In this document: positions 39,301 through 52,150 of the stretch, in pieces
Layout of the letters: every line of letters starts with the position of its first letter
Position numbering within the stretch: the stretch's first letter is position 1
Source of the DNA: Bugula neritina
Lineage: Eukaryota > Animalia > Bryozoa
DNA: 64,000 bases
NCBI GenBank assembly: GCA_964035545.1
Contig: OZ037773.1
Location: 3,067,751 to 3,131,750 of the forward strand
Direction of reading: 5' to 3'
Position numbers and translations under genes: made by a program
The notes under the pieces: generated by a model
The model's input: only the letters and a program-made list of their open reading frames with translations
Database searches by the model: none
Told to the model about the DNA's origin: nothing

Positions 39301-42300
39301 TTCAGCTTTATTTTATTTTTAGATTGTACCAGCTGGTGCAATAAAAAATATATTTGGAAAGGCTTCAGTTTTATAGAGGAAAAGCAGTGAAATAACTTTC
39401 GTTTTACCATGCACCCCTAATCAACGCTCTTGTAGTTTAAGAGCTTAGGTTAATAAAGTTTCTCAGCTAATTAATCCCACCTGCACACATTTTTACACAT
39501 AATTATCAGTCGTCTCAGCACCATGCAATAGTTAGATGAAAAGGGTCATTTATTGACAATTAAAAGCCATAGTTAGCAGAGTAGTTAAAAGCCTTTTTTC
39601 AATAATAAGTTTTTGGTTGCATTTTTCAAGTTTATTCTTTCATTGTAAATTAAGATAAAAACAAAAACTGCAGGGCTTACCTACAGCCAAGTAGAGAAAT
39701 ATTCAATATGCTGTCAAAGGCAAACAAACTATATGAACTATTATAATATGATATTAACTATGCACATGTGCTATGCTTCTATTTATTTTTGAATTGTGGC
39801 TCAGATATGCTAAATACTCGAACTGCGGTTACTTCTTTTTCTGTTCAGCTGTATAAGTCAATAGGTAGTATTTTAGGATTGAGGTTTTTTCTTAAATAGA
39901 ATTTCTATAGGGTAGTCTTTAGTATAAATTCTTTGTCTGCTAAAATCTATGAGCAAAATAATATTTATAGTACTCCGTTTTGAAAGAATAGCACACCATT
40001 TGGTACAGGAATTTGGCCCCTATAAAAATGCAAGTGTTGGTGATGGAAGTAGTAAACGAATTGCTACTGCAAGTGTAGAGTAGTGTGACTTTCAGCCATG
40101 ACAGAACGTACTTCAGAGCATAATGACATAGCATAACGTCAATAGTTGTGCATTACACGGTTTAGTTGCCTGCTGGCCCGTTTGTAACACATTCTGTTAG
40201 TGCAAATAAGTGGTAATCCAGTAGGCCTAATGGAACTGCATTCGTGAACTATTTATAGTTAACATATTATGTCAACCACAATATCATTACCCTTTGACCA
40301 TCTTTGTTTTCCATATGCCTATTGTGAACTGCATAATGTTAGCCAACATGTTTTGTAAGCTTATCAGTTTAGCTATAGCTATATAAATGCTTGTAAGCTT
40401 GCTCGCACCTGGCAATACCATGGTAGGCCAACTGCTAGGACCATGACTAGTGCAGCCACAATTAATATAACCAACCAGCTTTCACTGTAGTGTGGCCATA
40501 TGTTTGGCTTTGTTAATATTTTGTCAGAGTGCAAGTCTCAACTGATGCCATAAATTGCAATGTGAAAACTATCATGAATCAAGTAATATGTTGGTAAAGA
40601 TATGCAAAAATGTATAACAAGTCACAAAGTTATCTCAAAACAATCAGGGTTTCAAATTTCATCACTGATGGCCATAGCTCAAGCAAGTTGAATATCATTG
40701 CAACAAAAAGGAAGCAACTTATTTTCTCCAAAAAATTTGTTATTGTAAAAATAAGTAAAACTAATTTAATTTTTAAAATTTACCTCTAATATTAGTTTAG
40801 ATCTTTTCATGATTTGCGGACGTAAACCTAAAATTAAGGCTGCATGCATGTTTTCTCAAACCAAAGTGTGTTTACCTATAAAAGATAATTTGACTTGTCA
40901 ATCTATTACCTAGGTCCTAGTACATCAGTGTATATTTATATACCATAGCTCTGACCGCTGGCTGTGCCTTAGTAATAATATACAAACTACAGTTTATTTT
41001 TAACCGTTGGTTTATTTAATCAAGATACCTTTGCAAGTAGCAACAGAGTCATAGGCCAATTTTAAAACAAGATGGCAATCCACTGCTAGTAAACACCCTG
41101 ATGGAATATAACCCACTCATTTTTCTAGCTGTTGTTTATATCATTATAGTATAATCCCTTATGTATTGGCATTCTTCCTAAGATGATGCATTGGCTTCGT
41201 GGTAAACCGCGTTTCCTTTGCACTCGTTGGGTATGGGTTCAATCCTCGCAGTCAGCTAAATTTTTTGCAATCTTGCATTCTTGTCAAATACTTCCACTAA
41301 ATTATTTTTACTAATTTTACACATTGATATGTGTAATAATAGTGATGGGTCAAATATGACTATAGTTGTAGAATTTCTTTCACTTTTTAAATAACACTCA
41401 ACAGGTGGACAGTGTATATAGTACATACATATTAGTTAGATACTGAACACTGGGCTAAATATAGGGTTTAGTTATTAAGTAAATATTGATAGTTGGTGCA
41501 ATAATGGAGAAATTAAGTTATGTACATGTTCTTGTGATTACATTTTTATTAACCGCACCCCACGCTAAAATTTGTTATCCAGATGAAGAAGGTTAAGCTA
41601 TCAAAGCTTTTAAATTACTGCACAGAAGTGTAAAAATAGCAGCCTATTTCTTCTTGTTATATAGTGAAATGACATTCATTATGTATATAGGCATATATAT
41701 ATATATTTTAATTCTGTTACATCATATTTTAGCTTTAAAACAAGCATGTTATGTCCATTTGTTTATCACACCCCTGCAGTAAATATGTCAAAAATTCCTT
41801 ACTTTTGCTACCTAAAATTTCTTTTAAAATATAAGCAGCTACATAGAGCATTTTTTCAAGTTAGAAAATATGTATATATATTTTTCAACTACGTTTTAAA
41901 AGGAATACAAATATGTAAACCACAAAGCAGTGATTGTCTTCTTTCAATGCCATATTTTTGATGACACCAAGAAAGAAGGTGATAATGCAACTCCTAAGAG
42001 CATGTGCACTAAATCGCTCCTCTGTCTGAGAGTATACCATTTGTATTAATGTATGAAGTCTTCAACATATATTTCAACTTATTTTTGCAAGTAACTCATG
42101 ACAGTAAACTATATGCTTGCTTTTCTTCATGTGTGTGTGCGTGTGTGAGTGTGTGTGTAAAAATGCAGCACTCATAATAGTTGCTATTTTATGAACAGCT
42201 TACTATAGCTACAGTTATATGTAATTGCATAGGAGTGTTGCAAGTGTTTGCTAAAAGATGGTATATAAAACATGTCGACGAATTTGTTGTAGAAAAATTT

Positions 42301-43450
42301 AAATAATTACTTAGCATTTAGCAATAAAATTGTTCATGTACAAATCAGAAACACCAAGTTGTATGCATATATTTCAAATAGTATATGCATGAATTTGCAA
42401 AAAAAATTAGAACTTATACTTTCACTATGAGTATATGTTTTATATATGTGCTCATTTTGTATATACTGCACAATATGTTATTTACAATGTTAAACCAAAA
42501 TAATCAGAACTCAATATAGTGTAATACAGGCACATCTACAATGTTAACAAATATAACATTAAAAACAAGAAACAAAATTGTTGGTATCTTTTACTTAATT
42601 TTTTACAAGCAAAAAATTATTCTTGCCGCAAACTAAATTTAAATGCTGAGGTTCGTAAAGTTATATGTTTGTTAAATTATTTTGCATTTGTTTATATTCT
42701 ACAAATAATTTCTACATCTTTTATATAATTGCGATATTTCTTTTCGTCTACTACATGCAGCTCATTATATGCATATGTAGGCTATATACAATGCAGCATA
42801 AAATTTTATAATACTAAGCAAAAAATGCTATGAAAATAAAAACATTTTACAAAATGATATTATATTATGGTAGCAATAAAGTTGTAATAGACTATTATTT
42901 AATGAGAAGACAATTATGTCTTTATAATGAAGATTGATAAATTTATAATATGAGCTGAAATTGAGTGAGAAGACAATTATGCTTTCAAAATACTTACAAG
43001 ACTAAATTCTTATCTAATAGCTACAGTATTTAATATCCTTTGTTCAGAACAAAGTCTAAAAGGAGCGGATTTAAATAAAAATTCAGACCTGCATTTGTTA
43101 AAACTTTTCAATCAAAATTATTACATTATATTATTCTTTCTCATAACTCCTAGCTTCTAAAACCTTTTGCATGAAAAAATTGATTTAGAATGCAAATTAC
43201 TGCTAGAAATTGCCGTGTTTTAATGTCAACCCTAACTGTATCCACCACTTGTTTTAGTTGTTACGATCGTTGCCTAACCAATGAAGTTGAACTGGTTGTA
43301 CCTCCAGCCAATCAATTACTTATTTCAATTGCGCCTCATTAGGCTAGGATCGTTGACGAAATCTATATAATGTAATACAAATCCCATTACCACTGATTGA
43401 CCCGAAGTTCTCTACGACTTTTATAGTGGTATAGGATAATAGATATACTG
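36397..43450 (+). repeat. Segmental duplication copy 2
   Basis: Apparently identical to 1-7054; diverges at 43451 (GTTAAAA versus CACTTAC at 7055). Confidence 0.95.
37536..38040. mobile_element. Duplicate of the 505-bp MITE
   Basis: Lies inside segmental duplication copy 2. Confidence 0.85.
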
Positions 43451-45112
43451 GTTAAAAATGCACCTCAGTAGTTTATAGATCACTATAGACAATAAATCTG
43501 AATAAATGAAAAGCTACAAAGCCAGCTAATAACTTTTAATTCAATACCAGAATACTAAAATTAGCAGTACATTTTGCATTGTTTTTATAACTTAAAAAAG
43601 TTAGCTATTTGGCGGCCTTGTGACGATGCAGCCTTGTAGAATAAAGCGCAATGACTCTGAAAAGTTAAAAGGTTAAATGAATCATACGTAAATTTGCTAA
43701 TAATTGAAAGAAATAATGTCTGGACTGTTATTATGAACTATATAGCATTTAATGGGATCAATAACAGGGTTGATTTGGAGACTTTATAACACCAACATTT
43801 ATAAAAGTACTCTTTGATCATTAGACCAGTCTTAATACATCAATGGATCTTTTGAAAGATTCTTCATTAAATAATATATTTGTAATTTACCGGTATATGT
43901 TGTACAACTAAAATAATGGAAATTCATTTAAAATTGTGTTTGGCAAAATATACTGTACTTCGATTAGGTTAGCATATGATTATCACATACAATAGATACC
44001 TTTTCATGTACGGCTCACAAATAGAATGCTATATAACAATGCTAGCTAAAAAAACTATGATTTATCAACTTTTATTCAGTTGTAAAGTTAGTTAGTTTTG
44101 AAATTTTTATCCCAACAACTGTTCATAACTCATTGCTCAACTTGTTGCGCCTAAAGTCATTCCTGAATGAACTACTTGCATTCAAGGCTGGAGTAACTAT
44201 TAAAGCTGCTTGACTAATGGGTTTTTAAGGTGCTTTAGTCAGGTCTGGGATTTGGAGTTATATAACTATATATTATAACTATTTATACGTCAACCTAAAA
44301 GATTGTCTTTATTTAGAATAGGGTGCTGTCCAGAATTAATAAATAGAGAGTGCAGATTGTCTTCAAAGTCCAGGTCTAAAGTTAAACATAAATATAAATA
44401 GCTAATTGCTATATTTATATTTTTGCCACTATAAATTGGTTATCTACAAGCTGCTTAGCTGCCTCACTAGAAATTGTTATATATAGTAGCTTAAATATTT
44501 TAGCCAAAGCCAGTAGTCTTGGAAAGTAAAGCATATAAAGTATATACCCAGTGGTCAAAATATGCATGTGTAATCATCTGGTATAGTATTATTAAACAGG
44601 GCAACTTAGTCTAAACTTTGCTCTTTTGTTTTACTGGAACTAACAACAGCTATAAGTTACTGCCGCTGAACTGAAACTATAGTTCGATAGTTACTGCTAT
44701 GTATTTATCTCAATTCTAAGTAAATAAGTCTTATAAATATTATGCTTTGATGCATTATTTCCATGTAATCTTAAAATTTAAGTAGGCTGTTACAATATTA
44801 TTATGTAATAGTCCTTCATTTGAATTAGCATTAAACTCCTTGTTTACTACTCAACGATAAACATATACCGTGCTCCTGCAAACATTTGGTTGTATAAAAT
44901 ACATAAGCAGAGCATTAATATGGCCTACGTAGCTGAGTGATGTTTTTGTAGTTTATTAGTTTACCTCAGTTGGAAGCAATGGGACTAATTTGAAATAATG
45001 ACCACTAAACACCAATCTGTCACATAATGAGACAAGACATTTTTTTCTACTACTGAATTTTAGTGCATATATATATATATATCTTCTTTTAGCCAATCAC
45101 TTGCAATGATTT

Positions 45113-46445
45113 CAGGTAAAAATGGCACAGGTAAAAATGGCACAGGTGATAATAGCACAGGTGATAATGGCACAAATGGAAAATTAGGTAAAAATAACAA
45201 ACTGATGTAAAATTTTCTCAAACCCCAAGTCCAAACCACCCACCTGAAACTCAAGCTGCCAACCTTGGAATTCAACCCCAAACTCAAACCTCTATTCCAA
45301 ACTCCGACCCCAAACCCTAATTTTGAAAGTGTACCATTATTTGGTGATTAATCAATATTTGGAAGGCCCATTGCTTCGAAGGTGCATTAGTCCTAAAATT
45401 AGTAGAGATAGTATTATATTGCTGAGAATATCATAAATTTCACTCACAATCTTGCTATATTATTGCTAGCTGTAGGTGGCATGCGTGTGGCCTACTTGTA
45501 ATTTTTTTAGCCTGAGATTACTTTACGATGCTGCTTCAATCAGGGCTACATAATATATCAACATTCTATTGTGGCTGTCTCATAAACTAAGTACACAGCA
45601 AGCTATTCACTAGCCTGTCAGCTAGCAAGCTTGTAATTACTAATCTATGAATTAGTATCTCCTCATCTCTTCATCTGAGTATTTTAGTATTTTTATTTCA
45701 CAGTTCATATAAAAATGACAGCTATGGGCAATGAACTCAAAATAGCCAGTTCAATGGCTATAGGGACTGCAATTCTATTCTAGCTAATGTCAGTCAGCTT
45801 ATATAGGCCTTTCATATGCTTACTATTAACTGAAAAACTAAAGTAAAAATATTAAAGCCAAGCAAACATTTTGGGTCTGCTGGACTGTATTTATGATAAG
45901 CTTGATAAAAGTTTACCTCATAGTTTATAAAAAATGGTTTGCATTTTATTTTGGCACCAAAAAATTATTGGTATTCAATGAAATAGTAAATTTTTGGCTT
46001 GGCAATTAATTATTTGATATCACATTTAATCTCTAAAAGTATTCCTAATATCAGTAAATGCAAGCATTTAAGACAAAAAAAGATTAACATCTTGGACGCT
46101 ACTTAAAATTAAATAACCAAAGCTGCACGAACACCATACCCCAAACAAAACAACTCTACAAGATATGTAGATAACGGATAAGGGCAAAATTATTAGCATA
46201 TAAGATTTCAGGCTTGCTAAATGAAGCCTCACCTAACCTAAAATTTAAAAACTATGTTGCATATCTTCCTGTTGCTCAGAGCAACTTTTTGAAATGTTCA
46301 ATAAATAATTTTAATTCTAATAATAATTCTACTAATTTTCGGACCAATGCATTTTAGGAGCAATGCACCTTCAGAATATTGCACCGGCCCCCCATTATTG
46401 CTTGTGCCATTATTACCAAGTTTTGCCATCTTTAACCTGGGTACC
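45113..46445. mobile_element. MITE with 15-bp GGTAAAAATGGCACA terminal arrays, containing a nested relative of the 505-bp MITE (~45343-46385)
   Basis: Tandem 15-mers at 45113-45200 are inverted at ~46390-46445; the inner CAATATT..GAAGGCCCATTGC arm matches 1150-1430. Confidence 0.65.
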
Positions 46446-47734
46446 AACTTGAAATACATGCTGCTTTGTTATTACAGCATGAATGAAATATTTATTTGGA
46501 ATTTTGATAATGATGATGTTAAATTCATAAACTTATGTGTTGAATTTACAATCTTAAAGTAAGCTATTCTAGCAAGCTAACCCACCAACCCCATTCTTGC
46601 ATGCTTTTAAGGGTTATAGTTGATAGTATATGAGCTTGTTTAAATAAAGATGCTACCTAGGCTGTTATTAGGAATTATTTGCAGCTTTACACTATTTACC
46701 AAACTTGCACTTTAATGTAGCTATAAAAACTATTCTGAAAAATGTTTTGTACATTAGGAAGCATAGATAAAAAATTACCATGTGAAGATTATTTTGCTAA
46801 AACTCAGTGCTATCCCAGCCAATAAAATTTTAACTTAAAGTAGTATACTTGTGAACTGCCTTAGCCTCTAATACTTAATTGTAGTATAGCGTTTACTGGC
46901 TAATTGTATTTTCTAATTCTAATAATAAAGGGTACAACAAACGATTATACCAATAATTTTTACTAAAGACTGCATGTAAAACTTTCAGCTCACCTTGCCA
47001 TCTATTCTTAATTACAGTTTGAAATACATCTTGCTGGTCTAAGACCTAGGTTTTTGCATTGAAACATAGACTTTATTCAAACTGGTAAGACTAAATTAAT
47101 TAGTACCAACACTGCAGGTAACGGTGGGTAGTTGGGGGTTTGGAAATATTTAGCATCACTGTTACATCTTACCTACTCTTTCATTTGTCATTATTACCTT
47201 ACCATTATTAATTGTGCCAATATTGCTCATGCATGTACCTGTGCCATTTCTGTCAGACACCCTATCTGTTACATGGAGTTGTCACAGGGGGCTTTCCTAA
47301 ACATTGTAGATACAATTTATTATAGCGAAGAACAAAACTTAGAATATTTCACTCAGAATTTGTGTTACTAATTCTAAATAATAGCTCAACTATAAACAAA
47401 CCCATTATATGCCAGCTAACTATTTCATTAGTTTCATACCAAGTTCCAAAATGTTATATAATCACCCAAATGCTAAATTTAATAACTCATTGTTGCTATA
47501 ATAACAAGGACAGAATGTATTGTGTGTTGTACCAGCAACAGCTGCAGCTATAAGCAGCCCAGTAAGCCTTGAGGAATATTTTCAAACGCATAATTTTCAA
47601 CAGCGCGATTAAATTTTAAAGTATTAATAAATTCTATGCTCAATATATGCAAAATTTGCTACAAATATTTTTAGAAACATGCAACACGCACTTGAACTTG
47701 AAAAAATTTATTTAAGTTATTATGGTGAGATATA

Positions 47735-49185
47735 CCAGCGGTGTCATTCTACTTAGACGGTTTTCACTTATACCATATTTGTAAATTTTAGCGTAATATA
47801 TGTATTTTATACTATTATTTAGCACATAATAGAAAGCAAGAAGCCACCAGCAAGCCATTTACAATAACAATGCTTCTATAAGAAGCCATCTTGCACAAAC
47901 CTTAAACCTAAAGGTAAAAGAGAGACAAGATATAATAAGAAAAAGTTGCAATATAGCAGTACGTGATATACCACGAAATGCATTTGTGCATTTTATTATG
48001 TTATTCTGAATAAAATAAACTGTAGCTAAACTAGTATTGAGTCAAAGCAAATAGCTGGCTTGGTAGCTTGTTTCATGTTTAGCAGTAAATGCAACAGTTA
48101 TATTTGCATATTACTGTATATATTGTACCAAAATAAAAAAATAGTCCAAGTGGTATGAAACCTCACCAGCACTACAATACTCTAGTCTAAGATGATATCA
48201 TGTTTCCTCATGATTGTACATTGCTGGTTATAGGAACAAAATGATTTTAAGTTGTGGTATGCAAATCTTATGTACATATTTTCTTTAGTCTTTATAGAAT
48301 ACATTACTGTTTATTCTGCTAAATAAATAAATATTAATAAGTCGTATGCACAGTCTGCATTGCATCTCATTTAGCTTATTGTTAAACTCTGACCAAAGTA
48401 AAACTACGAAACCAGAGTAACGTTAGTCCAAATGACATGAAACTGAATATTAATATAAATCTTGGCTACAATTCTGACGTTTCCAGCTATTCAGCACTGA
48501 ATAATTGTACTCTCATTATATGTTAAAACTAAATATATGCAGTAGATTCAAACTTCATGATAAGGCTAAACATTTTAAAGCTAATAAGGCATGAGTATTT
48601 CAAATTTATATGCACACTATACTACCACTTTATCCTATACTAAAATACCTGTAATTTCAACTGCAGTATAACTTAGTTTAAGTTGTTTAAATTAAATTAT
48701 TTCTGTGTGTTTTCCAGGTATCATCTTATTTAGACGCTTCCCACATAGATGCTGTGTACGTGGGAAGCTTCTATTTATATATTTTATAAATATTTATAGA
48801 TTTTAGAGTAATATATGTATTTTATGCTATTATTTAGCACACAATAGAAAGTAAAGAAGCTACCAGCAAGCCTTTTTACAGTAACAATGTTTCTATAAGA
48901 AGCCATCTTGCACAAACCTTAAACTTGAAGGTAAAAGATAGACAAAATATAATAAGAAAAAGTTACAATATAGCAGTACGCGATATACCATGAAATGCAT
49001 TCGTGCATTTTACTCTGTTATTCTGATTAAAATAAACTGTAGCTAAACTAGTATTGAGTTAAAACAAATAGCTGGCTTGGTAGTTTATTTAATGTTCAGC
49101 AGTAAATGCAGCAGTTATATTTGTATATTGTTATATATATTAGACCAAAATAAAAAATTGACTAACTGGGATGAAACCGTTTTCC
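47735..49185. mobile_element. Two related ~430-470-bp non-autonomous elements (47735-48167, 48714-49185)
   Basis: Direct repeat ~47780-48145 versus ~48795-49160. Imperfect TIR GCGGTGTCATTCTACTTAGAC / GTCCAAGTGGTATGAAACCTC. Confidence 0.6.
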
Positions 49186-49549
49186 ATGCTCAGTGCATCT
49201 ATATGATGGGTTTGTTCTAACCGCTATTGTTCAAATTTTATCTATCAGTTAGTGAAAATATAGGCAATGTGAGATAAATTCACTAGTTTATGTAAAAACT
49301 GATTTATTGAGAAAATTTGATGTAATATATTTTTATTTGTAAAACCTAAAAGTAAAATGTACAATGGATAAATGTCATTCATGTATATTAACTTTGTGTA
49401 TGGTAAGTTACAGACCAGTATTTGCCTATCACCCCATCTGGGGTACATGATACAGGTGTTGTTATTAAAGCACTGCAAACAAAGGCATTCTTTCTTGAAA
49501 TTAGTAGTTGGCTGGTGAAAGTAAACATAAGCATTTGTAGCTTTCATGA

Positions 49550-52150
49550 ACCCAAAACCCATCTTTCTAAGAGTGTTATTTACTTCTAAAGTTGTTTGTC
49601 CCTGTATAGGCAAACACTCCCATTGAAGATTTGTAATGTTGCTCTGAGAAAAAAGGATGTCAAAGGAAATATTACTTCACAAGCTTCAACTACTATAGTA
49701 TAAAGAATCAGAATAAGCACTTCATAAAAATTTTAACTTACGAGTTGCAAAGTGTTTTTATTTAAAAAAACATAACACTTCATACTTCATAAATTGATAA
49801 TATATTTCTTTGGGGTTTTTTAGAAAATATGCCAAGAGACATAAAAATATATTGCAAATGCTAGTGCTGACCATCCTTGTTTAGAAACCTAAAACTTTTA
49901 GTCAACCAAACAAATTTAATCAAAATGTAGAAATCACTTTTCACATCATAAATGACTATTTCTTGCTTTAAATTTGTAGTCTAAGATTATTTTCACAAAA
50001 GCTCTTTAGATGTTTTACACGTTTCACAGGAAAATGTCAATTATAAGGTGGCTATGCTCTAATAACAGTTCTGACCATCTGTAAAAGCTGTGCTTGTTTC
50101 CAATACAATAGTTAGTTCATTGAAATATAACTGGAGAGGCAACAACTGAAGCTATTAAAATATTTTATTTTGTAGCTTGTTCTATTTATCCTACAGTTTA
50201 GAAATAAAGTACTTGGTTCCCACCATTTAGCATTGTACTCTTTAAATAGTTCAGGGTACAACTGTCAAAGCATTTTAGCTGGTACACAAAATATTTCAAT
50301 AAAATACTTTGTAACAGTTTTATTCTATTGAATATTGACTAGTCACCCTTAAAGCAAATTATAGCCTATCCACGTTGCCAGCCAATAGGTTCCACGCTAA
50401 TGTACTAGAAATAGAACTTATCAGCAAAATATTAATAAATAACTATTAAATTTGGGCTTCCAGTTGCTCAGATAAATTAAAATTACAATTGTCAATCAAC
50501 ATAAAACTAATATATAGTAGCTAGTCTTTTAAAGTGGCCTACAGCAAGAAGTAGTTATTTTTACCGGTCTATGACAAAACATAGGAAATATCTATTCTGT
50601 CAAATAGTATCTGAGTAGTTGTAAAATTTGTTTGAAATACTGGTATTATGCACAGCATATTATAAATATAATCAAAGTATGCCAGCAAATGAGACTTATA
50701 GTTTACTCTGTTACTACTGAACACTGTAGTAGTATTTACACTGCACTATTGCTATAAGTAGCTCAGTTAGATATGTAAGCTAGTATGATATATCTATTAA
50801 CTTCAGTATAGTTATCCATATCTATTGTCTCATGCAAAAACTTTTTATGAAGTTTAATACTTCTAGTGTAATAGAATATAGTAATGATGTCACTTAGCTC
50901 TGGTCCATTTAGAGCTATAGATGATTATATACTAGATTTATCCCCTTTTCATTGGTAGGAAAGCTTCTAATCTTTATTCTGGTGCATGCGCTTTCAACAC
51001 TGAATAGAAATTTATTGTCTTCTGGTGTTTATAAGGAAAACTCGTGTCTAGTTGCAGACTATTTTCAATTTGGTACCTTTATAATGTATATAGCTATATA
51101 GCTATATAACTGTAGATTGATTGCTAAATAGCTGATATGCTATAATAGCTATAATAGCTAATTATCTAAGTATAATAGTATAATAGTTCACATTTCACAG
51201 AATTGCTCATGGCAAAAACAGTAATATGTTAATAATAAACATTATTTTTAATGAATACCTATTAACACATTATTTTTCAATCAACAAGAAGTAGAGAATA
51301 TGCAAAATTATTAAATGCAATTAAATTAAATCAAATTAAAATCAATGCAGATCACAGAAATTTATTCATGTACTGGATATAACAAACAATTGATCCAACT
51401 TTATTTAACTATGATATATTTTAATATTATTCAAATAAATATAGAATAAATATTATTGTACAAAAATAAACAAATAGTGTCCAAGTAAGATAGATTCAAG
51501 TAGGAAATTTAGCTTAGCATCTATAATAAATGGGAACCATCTATATTTGCGATGACAGAATATATTAATCGATAATATTTATAATTTACAAAAGTTACAA
51601 CTAAAAGTCCAAAAGGTTCTAAAGCAGTAGAATCTCAGGGTGTCTTCAATGTTTTGAGAAGTAATATTTTGGAGTATATTGAAATTACATGTTCTTCAGA
51701 GTTTATAGGCCAATAATATTGTTAAAAATAAACATGTTTTGAAGTTAAGATAAAATATTATTATAAAGGTTAAAATTGAGAGCATAAAAAGATTATAGAC
51801 ACTATAATGTGTTTTTGGTGAGTTTTAATTTTATATGTCGGCAAACCTGTTTGGATCTTGTTTGAGGGATACAATTTTGATTGACTTTATACAACTGGCA
51901 AAAAGTTCAGGATGAGTTTGCATTACAGATGAAGGGCTGGCACATGTTTTGGAGGATATAAATTTTATTCATTCAGAGTTTAAAAGAAAAGCAGTGCACT
52001 GGTGTATTCTGCAGTGCAGATGTATAGAGTTTAAAAAACCTGCATTGCAAAATTCGAATATAAATATGCAATTTATTCTACAAGTTTGTAAATTCTAAAC
52101 CAGCTCACATATTTCCTGTGTAAATGCAGCAAATGAAAGGATACCTCTTA
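49550..52150 (-). pseudogene. Heavily degraded EnSpm/CACTA-type transposase
   Basis: Minus-strand fragments in the expected order: LLKTLKTP (~51640-51661, cf. RTLLKTP), ANIDG followed by a frameshift (51536-51550, cf. NIDGLPLF), VCN*TRVFLINTR (~51020-51059, cf. CDxPARAF). Many stops and frameshifts. Confidence 0.42.

Noticed and set aside
26310-43676. Single piggyBac element bounded by TTAA-CCCTT (26310) and AAAGG-TTAA (43676)
   Set aside because: Sequences inside the two TTAA sites do not form a matching TIR.
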